Under the pieces are notes generated by a model, which saw only the letters and a list, made by a program, of their open reading frames with translations, ran no database searches and was not told the DNA's origin. Positions 54,783 to 64,000 of a stretch of DNA of 64,000 bases are shown here, piece by piece (the stretch's first letter is position 1; each line of letters starts with the position of its first letter). The stretch is from positions 1,116,001-1,180,000 of the forward strand of contig OZ025800.1 of NCBI GenBank assembly GCA_964019425.1, read 5' to 3'. The translations under genes and the position numbers were made by a program. Source of the stretch: Flectonema sp. DT1601 (taxonomy: Eukaryota).

Positions 54783-54986
54783 CTCACGACTTTTACACAA
54801 CCACACCCGATGTGAGGGGAACCACTTGATTGTATTATTTACTTTTAGCTATCCACTGTAAGTGTTCAGACTGAACAGATAGAATCCAATATTTTATTAA
54901 CCAACTTGTTTTTTGTATTTTGGTTCTTGCTCAAGAATATAATATTTCCCTCATCAGAACTTATTATTGTAAAAAAAAAAAGGAAA

Positions 54987-55323
54987 ATGGTTTCTGAGTC
55001 AGAATTCAAACAGGCAGTAAAGGATGTTCACGGAGCGAAATCCGCCTCTCAGGTATGCCTTGCTTAAAGACTTTCTTTGTGTGCAATCAGTGATTCAAAT
55101 ATTATATTTAAAAATAACAACACAGGCGCAGCTACTCAGCCTGTATGCTAACTTTAAGCAGGCCACTGAAGGAGACGTAAAGGGAAAGCAACCGTCCAGA
55201 GTTCACTTCAGGGCGCGTGCCAAGTTCGATGCTTGGGCAAAGCTGAAAGGACAATCGGCAGAGGCCGGCAGAAAGGGTTATCTTAAAACAGCGAACGAGA
55301 TGCTCGGGAGGGCGAAATTATAG
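54987..55323 (+). CDS. ACBP: Acyl-CoA-binding protein with C-terminal PTS1 (-AKL)
   Basis: Intron 55053-55125; LYANFKQATEGD, RAKFDAW; ends GRAKL*. Confidence 0.92.
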
Positions 55324-55946
55324 GCAAAAGGAATACTATTTTATCTTCTTTACTACTTCCCCCTTTATTTGATCTTGTCGTTCGTGAGCAAACGTACAGC
55401 GGGGGAAAATGGTACTGCCCCCTCCAAAATTCCTACTTAAACGTTACGAGGCCAGTGACAACAATTAACTCTGCCCACTTCTGTGCGCAGGGTCAGGTAC
55501 TCACGTCAACATAACTATGGTAGTGTTGTCGTTATAGTCTTGGTTGTGAAGCCTTAGATGCCTATTCTGTATTGATGTGTTAACGCAACGTGTTTGTGAA
55601 TGAATGGCTTGTAACGAGTTGTGAGAAAAGCGAAAACCCTCCTCACCAAAGGGACGATAGTTTCCCCCTCCCTGGGTCGGATTCCTTTCCGCATTGCTAA
55701 ATCAACGCAATGTGTTTTGAAAGTTTAGTTACAGACCGTTCGATGTGAGAACCAGCTGAGGAATTATGTATTTTTGTTAACAACCCAAATCACATCTTAT
55801 TCTCGACAGGAATTTGTCTTGGGATTCTTTCTTAACTAAAATACCGATGACGGGATGATATTTTATTAATAATCTTTTATTGATGGTACTAATGATTATT
55901 TTAATTACATTTCCCCTCTTCTCAGGTTGGTTATCAACGCTCTCAT

Positions 55947-58900
55947 ATGCTGAGCGTGTTAGCGATGTTGGTGCTCTCATGCGGAGGGACATTCTTAAAA
56001 CCGGACCTGACATCAATATCGGAGTTGAGCACTGCACATGATGCTGTCCTAAACCACGTCTGCCCTACTGGTAAATATATTATAAAACAAACTGGATCAT
56101 TTAGTGCCTCAAAGGGTGACAGAGCATGGAAGACTGAATGTGCACCACCTCTGAATACATTCACTGTTAATACAGGTACGTGTATTACTAGTGCTAAAAC
56201 TGATACAGGTTGTGATGATATCCCCAATAAAGGTCCCTTAGTAAGAGACACATCATGGGCCGTTGAATGCGATGAGGGTTACGTAATGACTTCGATGTAT
56301 TCAAAACATCTGAACTGGCTCAACAGTAGAGAGTGGACTTTCACGTGTTGTAAATTATTTCCTAATGCCTACTTCACGCAACGCTCTCGTGCATCAGTTC
56401 TTACAGGAGTGGGTGATACTGAGCCTTCATTTAGTTTAACACCTGAGATAGATAATATTTTGATTGGATTCGAAACCAATCGAAGTATATTAACTAAGGA
56501 TCGCCAATGGGGTGCAATCAGCGCACAACTTTGTAATGTGCAACCTCCCACAGCTTTACCTACAGCAATTCCAACGGCTGTACCTACGGCAATTCCTACA
56601 GCGATTCCCACTGCAGTTCCAACTGCTGTCCCTACCGCGATCCCGACAGCTATTCCGACAACAGTGCCCACGGCGATTCCAACAGCGATTCCAACTGCTG
56701 TCCCTACTGCTGTTCCAACAGCCATACCTACTGCTGTTCCAACGACAATTCCGACGGCCGTACCTACTGCTGTTCCAACGACAATACCGACGGCCGTACC
56801 TACTGCTGTTCCAACGGCAATTCCGACGGCCATACCTACTGCTGTTCCGACGGCCATACCGACGGCAATTCCAACAGCTGTCCCTACTGCGATTCCGACG
56901 GCCATTCCGACCGCAATTCCCACAGCAGTCCCAACGGCTGTTCCTACTGCCATTCCAACGGCGGTTCCGACAGCGATTCCGACAGCCATACCTACCGCAA
57001 TCCCCACCGCAGTTCCAACAGCGATTCCGACAGCCATACCTACCGCAATCCCCACCGCAGTTCCAACAGCCGTTCCTACTGCCATTCCGACGACTATCCC
57101 CGCAATTCCCACAGCGATTCCGACAGCTTTGCCTACCGCAGTTCCAACAACTATTCCCACTGCAATTCCAACAGCTGTGCCTACGGCCGTTTCCACAGCG
57201 GTTCCAACAACGGTACCCTCGACAGTGCCGTCTGCAATTCCTCTAACCACAACTTCTGCCCCTACAGCACTCCCCACTTCATTGGGCACTTCGACACCAA
57301 CAACCTCTCCAACTACAATACCAACTATGGTACCAACTATTGGAGTGACAAATGTTCCTGATGATGAAATGAGTGTAAATAATAACGACACTGAATACGA
57401 GAGTTGGTTGGGTGATGATCAGGTGGCCAGCTACGATACTCGATCAGGGGCAAGCGCCGCGGTGTTGGGTGCCAGCGCAATCGCAGGGGGTCTGTCACCA
57501 GTTTCTAGCTATTTAGTAATAACACAGCCTTGCTTTATAACGGAAAAACAAAAACTTCCTATTGCCTTACACCCTACTCAAATATCGGTAGATGGCAGGC
57601 ATTCCAGTGGCGTTATGTTAGGGAACAGTATTATAAGTTTGGGATGCCTTGCAGTCTTCTCTGCGATGTCGAAAATTGGTAAGTTAGCATTTCCTTCGAT
57701 AATGGACATTGATGGTCTTTTAAGATTTCCTTCAATACCTTTATTTATATTCTTAATTCTATATCAAGGATTAGTCCTTGGTTCATTTATTCAATTGTAT
57801 ACGAAAAACAATCCTGGTGTTGTCGCTTTATCTCTCTGTGTTTTGCTAATGTGTATTTTGGGACCTGTTTACGTTCTGAGAACGCTTGTTAACTATCCTT
57901 GCAAACACGCAATTTATGTCAACAGCACTTGTAGAACACCTGTCTCTCGATACATTCTGGGAAATGGTGAATGGCTTAGCCGCACAGAAACAAATCACTG
58001 GGTGAGGCAATATGTTCATTTTCTTAAGGGATTCAAACCGAATTGCACGTACTTTTCTGTTTATAACTTCGCTAGTAGTTTTGCCCTTGGTTCAATAGCT
58101 GCTATCAAAGTCGAGACTCCTACCAGATGTGGTCATTTACGATTATTCTCTGGTTTTATTTTAGTTATATTGTTCGGAGTTCATGTTATAAAGAAACCGT
58201 TTTCCCGACAACGCGACAACCACATGATTCCATTAGTGTTGGCACTCATGTTTTTATCAGTCTTTATGGCAGCTGCGTCATACTACACGATGTCGAGTGG
58301 ACTTAAAGTAGTGTGTGAAATATTAGATATGATATCCTTAGTAGTGATCGCAATCAAAGTCATTCTTGACGCATGTAGTGAGATTTACTTGTTAATATCA
58401 AAACAAAGACACCGTATGCAACTCGAACAATGGAAGAAAGACGCAGAAGAATTTCATTGTAGTGAAGGTTCTGTAAGCGCAGACACACCAGTATTCAATA
58501 CTCTCAGACCGACTGAATCCAACAATAAAAGTTTACTTCTACCATATTATGCAAATGAAAGCAACGATTGTTATTCGAGCGTTGTAAACCCTTCTTTGGG
58601 AGAATCACAAACGACAAATGAAACGAAAAGAATGAAAGAATTTAAAAGAAGAAGTATGAGTGACTATCCAGGTGTTCAGAACTTCATGATAAACTCAAGT
58701 GGATTTCACACACTAGAAGTTGGTAGTCCATGCAGCCCATTCACTACCAGATCATTAGCAGCTACTGAACCACTTAGAAACAGACAAGGAACTGAGAGCT
58801 CTATCGGAATTTTCACTCCTCGTTCAGTATTAGGATCACCAATAACGAGTGACTTCCGAATGCCAAGTAATTGCAACAGACGATCATCTGAAATACGTCA

Positions 58901-59387
58901 AAGCGCTTTTGCTCCATACACGACTGACACGTGTGAGCTGAAAAAGAAACCGACGGAAACAACCAACAGAAGAGTATTACAATTACAAGGAACAGAAAGC
59001 TCTGGAGGAATAACAAGCAGTGATGTTACCCCGTCGGCACAATCACTAAATGAGGCTTATTTGAATCCTTCTTTTAAAGGAGAGAAGTACTCTCCGTTGA
59101 GTTCTGGAGCTGAATCACCCAGTTCTGCGTATCACTCGGTTGGGTTCACACCCTTGGTGAATACTCCGTCATCTGCATCAATTACTACACTGAAACCATC
59201 TCGTAGAATGCCACCACCATTTCTAGTCAGTCCTGCCATAACAGCTAATTCACCATTGAGTATTAATATTATTTGTAGTACTCCTGATGGTAAAACTGTT
59301 GCTCCAGTTCGTGTCTTTAGTGATGGCAGTGGTGGAGGCATTGAATTGGCAAACAAACCTTCGTCTTCTTCAGTAATCAGAGTGTAG
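55947..59387 (+). CDS. Receptor-like protein: signal peptide, dermatopontin-like domain, PT-repeat stalk, ~7 TM, Ser/Pro-rich tail
   Basis: (D/S)R-x-W motifs (GDRAWKTEC, SREWTFTCC, KDRQWG); PTAI/PTAV stalk; seven hydrophobic segments; long S/P/T tail. Confidence 0.8.
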   Translation: MLSVLAMLVLSCGGTFLKPDLTSISELSTAHDAVLNHVCPTGKYIIKQTGSFSASKGDRAWKTECAPPLNTFTVNTGTCITSAKTDTGCDDIPNKGPLVRDTSWAVECDEGYVMTSMYSKHLNWLNSREWTFTCCKLFPNAYFTQRSRASVLTGVGDTEPSFSLTPEIDNILIGFETNRSILTKDRQWGAISAQLCNVQPPTALPTAIPTAVPTAIPTAIPTAVPTAVPTAIPTAIPTTVPTAIPTAIPTAVPTAVPTAIPTAVPTTIPTAVPTAVPTTIPTAVPTAVPTAIPTAIPTAVPTAIPTAIPTAVPTAIPTAIPTAIPTAVPTAVPTAIPTAVPTAIPTAIPTAIPTAVPTAIPTAIPTAIPTAVPTAVPTAIPTTIPAIPTAIPTALPTAVPTTIPTAIPTAVPTAVSTAVPTTVPSTVPSAIPLTTTSAPTALPTSLGTSTPTTSPTTIPTMVPTIGVTNVPDDEMSVNNNDTEYESWLGDDQVASYDTRSGASAAVLGASAIAGGLSPVSSYLVITQPCFITEKQKLPIALHPTQISVDGRHSSGVMLGNSIISLGCLAVFSAMSKIGKLAFPSIMDIDGLLRFPSIPLFIFLILYQGLVLGSFIQLYTKNNPGVVALSLCVLLMCILGPVYVLRTLVNYPCKHAIYVNSTCRTPVSRYILGNGEWLSRTETNHWVRQYVHFLKGFKPNCTYFSVYNFASSFALGSIAAIKVETPTRCGHLRLFSGFILVILFGVHVIKKPFSRQRDNHMIPLVLALMFLSVFMAAASYYTMSSGLKVVCEILDMISLVVIAIKVILDACSEIYLLISKQRHRMQLEQWKKDAEEFHCSEGSVSADTPVFNTLRPTESNNKSLLLPYYANESNDCYSSVVNPSLGESQTTNETKRMKEFKRRSMSDYPGVQNFMINSSGFHTLEVGSPCSPFTTRSLAATEPLRNRQGTESSIGIFTPRSVLGSPITSDFRMPSNCNRRSSEIRQSAFAPYTTDTCELKKKPTETTNRRVLQLQGTESSGGITSSDVTPSAQSLNEAYLNPSFKGEKYSPLSSGAESPSSAYHSVGFTPLVNTPSSASITTLKPSRRMPPPFLVSPAITANSPLSINIICSTPDGKTVAPVRVFSDGSGGGIELANKPSSSSVIRV
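56547..57340 (+). repeat. 12-bp (PTAI/PTAV) coding repeat, codon-degenerate
   Basis: Direct reading; heavy synonymous variation between units. Confidence 0.92.
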
Positions 59388-60009
59388 GTCTTCTGTTGCT
59401 TATTTGTGTAAAACTTGAAAAATAGTCAGCAAGATTGGGTTGGTTTTATTCGTCGCTAAATAATAATTAATTTTATTTTTATTTATAACTCTTGTGAAAC
59501 TTTTGAAAACTTTCCTTCATAAACATTTGAGGGACTCAACAGTCTCTCAGTCTGAGTTGTATGACATAACTTTGACCTGTTTTTCTTACTCTTTCCTCTG
59601 CTATTTATTCCTTTTTACGTGAACGCAAAATTCTTTTGAGAACTAAACATGGGCACGGCGCTGTCGTGTGTTTTGAAAAAGCGTGCCTTCGCAGACGGTA
59701 CTGTTAGTCAAAGTCAAGTTTTACTTACATTCCATTTCCATTTTTTTTTTTTTTTTTTTTTTTTGCGTTCTTTATTCACACTGAGTGACGAGGTAAAATA
59801 AAGAAGACTTTCATTGTCGGAACGTGTAATTGTTTTCTTTACCTTCATACCTGTTTCGTACAAGTTGTGTTTCCTGTTATTAGAAAGGACACATCAGATA
59901 ATTCCTCTGGTGCTATTCCGTTCTTTAGTAGGTTTGACGTCTTGTTGTTGATTGTTTTGTTCTTACTGCAATTCGAACAATGTGTGTTATATTTTGTAGC
60001 CGTTGGTGG

Positions 60010-60051
<42 letters not shown>

Positions 60052-62533
60052 TACGGCTAGCTTTAATACTTCCTCTCTCCAACCTTTTAGTAGCGGACGT
60101 CGACAAACAGATGAGATCCGCAGTATTCAGCCGGCTATTTATTACGTCCATCAAACTTTTTTCTTTTTTTTCTTTCTCCCTATCGGAATTGAAGTTTTTT
60201 TTTCCTTTTTTTTTTTATTAAAAGGGGAGGGTGCTTTAGCAAACACTGAAATTGGAATGTGTTGCAACTCAAGTATGCCCCCCTTGTTACTGCTATATGA
60301 CAAGCATGTTGTGTAACTGAATACCTCTAAAAAGATGGTAGTGGTACCCTCTCTTTGAATGTAGAATGAATTGCTATGCACTTACAAAATAGTATTCTCG
60401 TCGAAGCCCCTGGAAGATTCCATTTTTACAGGTGGGTTACCAGCACATGTCTTCTGTACTTCTTTGATATCTTTTTCTTCATTCCATATAAAAATATTTA
60501 TTTTTTAATCATTTCTTTTACTATAGATCTCTATAAATAAAGGGGAAGGAATGTTCCCCTTTTTTCCCTAATTTATGTTTCTTTTTTTTCCAATTCTCTT
60601 GTTCTTTTTTCGCAACCAAGAACAAAGAATATTTATATATTATTTATTGTAATCTATTTAAAATAAAAGTCCTCTCTTGTTTACTACTATTTGCCTTGTA
60701 AACTAAACTCACAGCTGTTTTGCTTTAGTTACTCACATTGATATTTAAAATGTTGTAAATAGTGCTAAAATCTTGTCAGCTTTTTTTAGTTATAGATTGA
60801 CATGCAGAACTTTAGACGAATTTTTTTTTTTTTTAAAAAAAAAAACATGTCTTCCCTGCCGCTGTATGTCGAGCGGACAACGATCAGAGTCAGAAGAAAA
60901 GAGATAACTTGTACTAAGTTTCTAAGTGACGAAGAAAGGAGTTTCCATTTCGTTTTACCGGAAAAAATAAATAAATAAAGTCCAACAAGTAGTAGCAGCT
61001 TGTCAGGATAAGCAGAAAAGTCGCTAGCGTGTCCATTAAAAAAGATCTTCTCTTTGCTCCTGTGCAATTCCTCAGTGTGACGTGTTAGTCACTTCTCTGG
61101 ACTGTCATTCTCTCTCTTCCCTCCAATCACCAATAAGAATATCGATGCCTAGTGGTATTAATGTATTTTTATTTATGTATATTTCAGTGTAGTGATAATC
61201 ATTTTCTGTTATCAACTTTCCTTCTGCAGTTTTACGTTGTCAGTATTAAAGTTTTTCTTTTTCCTTGGCTTTGTATTATATTATATTGGGTTAGCTGAAT
61301 TCTTCTTCTTCTTCTTCTTTTTTCTTTTTTATTATTATTGAAAAACTTCCAGTCGGAACACAAAAGTTTTTGAACCGCCAACTCCATTTTAAACCCACTG
61401 AACCACCGTGCCGGCAATTTTTAAATTGGGGTTGGGCTTCTCCTCTAACATGAAGGTACTTTATATAAGGTTAGCGGTTTCAAAAACTTTTGTTTTAAGA
61501 TTGAAAATTTTCCATTTTTTTTATTTAAAATAACTGAGGCATTGCAAAAAGCTTTTTTTAGTTATCAGCAGAGAGCTGTGAGTTGTTGCTCTTCTTAAAC
61601 GAACAAAACACACTGCAGCTTGACTTCTTGACCACGATGTTGGATTTAGAAGACTACTGCATCTAACTTTTTATTGAATATGTTTAGTATTTAGAAATAG
61701 TCCTTACACAAAACCATATATAGTTTCCCTTTTTATGGAGGAAACACCCAGCACAGTGACAAGCATTGCCTGTCTTAATCTTTGATAACTCCATTAGAAC
61801 ACTAAGGTATGGTAGGTTCAGCGGGTAACAGCAAGTTGACTAACTGAATCGTTCCAGAGCCCAAACAATGAATCATTTGTGTTCTATGAAGTCTTCCTAT
61901 GATACGTAATTCTTGTCTACGATGGCTGTTGTATTTTTTTTATGTTTATTTATTTATCTTTTTTTTATTCTATGATTTTTTGCGCGAAAAAAAAAAAACT
62001 TCTTCTTTTTTTTTTTTTTTTTTTTCCTATTTGTCACAAGGACTTAGCTATTTGGGCGGCCGAGTAAATGCCCGGGGTAGAGTCTCGCAGGTTCGTATTT
62101 TTGTTTCTATGTTGCATTATGAAACCCCCCAAGGGAGGCACATGTATATTACAGTCTTCTTTCTTTCGTTCTTCAGAATTGAAATAGTGGTGTATTTCTC
62201 CCGGTTCGCATTCGCGTGCTGGGTTGGCGTCTGGAGAATTTTTTTTGTGTCTCTTTTTGTTCTGTTGCTTTTGGGTTACCTGATATTTTTTGTTTTATGG
62301 CAACCTGCAAACAAGTTCCCAATTCACATCACTCACTTTTAAACACATGTTTCCGTTTTATTTGTATTCTTTTTTCTCTGATCTTGCCTATTTTTATTAT
62401 ATTGATGGTTTGCCTGGCTAATTGGGTTGTCGTTTTTTTTTTTTTTTTTTTTTTTTTGACTTCGGGGATTGCTCAATCTCGACTGGCTTCTTAATTGATA
62501 AATAAATACCACATTAGGACTTTATGGGAGGGG

Positions 62534-62570
<37 letters not shown>

Positions 62571-64000
62571 ATTTTCCCCGTGTGTCGATATGTGTTTCTG
62601 TTTTGTATTTTACTTGAGAACTTCAAAATGTTCCCGTTCAAAAATATAAAAAAAGAATGTCGATATAAAGTTACTTTTCGTGTATTCAATTAGTTCTGAT
62701 TTTACTATTCCCACTTCGTGTTTTATGCGCTATCAAGAAACCGGTTTCTGTTTCCGCGCACCTCACAACATTTCGGTACGGTCCTTAGTGCACCACACTT
62801 GGGATTAATTTTTCAATTCTAACCCTTGTCAGTTCCCCTTTTTGTTGGGTTTAACGAAAAAACTATTTTTTTTCAGAAGCATTTCCTTTTGTTTGTCATC
62901 TGCTTTCTGACCCACCCAGTCCAGTAGCACGTCTTGCTCTGGGAAAGATTGTCAAGCATCTGCCCGGAAGTAAGTACTTGTCAGTTATTTTCTAACCCCG
63001 CGCTTTTTAGTTATTCTTATAGTTGCTTGGTTCTGTTATTTTTTATATTTTTCTAAGTATAATCCACTGCTCACATTATTACTCAGATGCTATAACCGTG
63101 TCTGTTATGTGTTAGATGGGTCACTACTTAGGGTCCACATTTTCCCGCCTGTGAAGTCCTCACTTAATAAGCGGTGACACCCCTGTGAGATTTGTTTAGA
63201 GCTTGACTTCATCTGTTTTAAAAACAATAAAGAAAAAAAATTCCACACTTCAAAATAGTCCTACGAGATTCCTTCAGTTCTAATGCTTATCAATAACCCC
63301 ACGGCTGAATGCTATTCAAAGTACCTAAACACTAACCTTAATGTGTTTGACTTGACTTCAATACCGCTACGTCTTTTTGCCGCACCCTTATAATAGCGAC
63401 AGCTCTTTTTTCTCAATTCATTTTGAGACATATAGGGCTGGGAGGAATTCTTTTGCTCTTATTTAATCTGTTTCTGTATAAATATCAGTCAAAATTATTT
63501 TTTGCGACCAAATTCGATGAAAAAACTTTTCAAAAAAAAAAAAGAAATAGTAAAAATTTCGATCAAAGCGGCATTTTAATGCTCTGCATCGTTCGGTTCA
63601 CTTCCGTCCGAAATCGGGAGGTTGGCATCCCATGCTTGTCACTTAAATCGAGAAAAAGAGATTTTATGATCTACTAAATCAGCTCAGCCGTGGACAAGTG
63701 CTAAAACTAAAAAAATAATCGAAGTGTCTACTGTGACACTGCTGACTCAGCGGGATCCAGAGAAAAAAATTCGAGCAAAAATATATTAAAGAGTACTAAG
63801 CATGTGCCAGTGAGGCAGGTTGTTACTACTACCAGTCTTTTTGAACTTACTTTGAGACCATTCGGTGATATTCTGAGTGAGTTTTCGCTAAGAAAAACTG
63901 GGTTGGTTAGTTAGTTCTTGGTGCAAATCTCTTGAGGGCAGGGGGGAAGGGAAAAAAAAAGTAAAAAAGTGAAATTAGGGTTTTTTTTACTCAGATTTTC

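Noticed and set aside
56369..57391. Antisense (VGIA/VGTA)n ORF and alternative-frame ORF 56512-57246
   Set aside because: Shadows of the PT repeat.

Overview
AT-rich eukaryotic genomic DNA, most likely from a diplonemid-type euglenozoan (inference: every intact gene is on the + strand, short GT-AG introns are present, and it carries receptor-type adenylate cyclases and PT-repeat membrane proteins). Gene order: the 3' part of a giant (~4,560+ aa, 7-intron) coiled-coil gene; STI1/HOP; coronin; an LRR-DUF4062-NACHT-WD40 protein; an aldo/keto reductase; a tandem adenylate cyclase array (A, B, truncated A', B', fragment) holding a TTAA-flanked piggyBac derivative whose empty site is visible in the duplicate; a type I surface protein with ~27 x 57-bp Asn/Tyr repeats; an SLC35/TPT transporter; HAS1; VCP/CDC48; a PHB-depolymerase-like esterase; ACBP ending in -AKL; a dermatopontin-like/PT-repeat/7TM protein; then ~4.6 kb with no recognisable gene. 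Most notable: (1) cis-intron acceptors and presumed trans-splice acceptors use opposite upstream codes (A/C-rich vs TTCCC-pyrimidine); (2) VCP intron 2 hides a divergent pair of Polinton/virophage-like gene relics and intron 1 holds a structured 147-bp tandem array; (3) the cyclases have a mosaic, gene-conversion-like structure; (4) the transposon appears to carry its own outward-facing splice acceptor. All calls come from manual reading; no searches were run.
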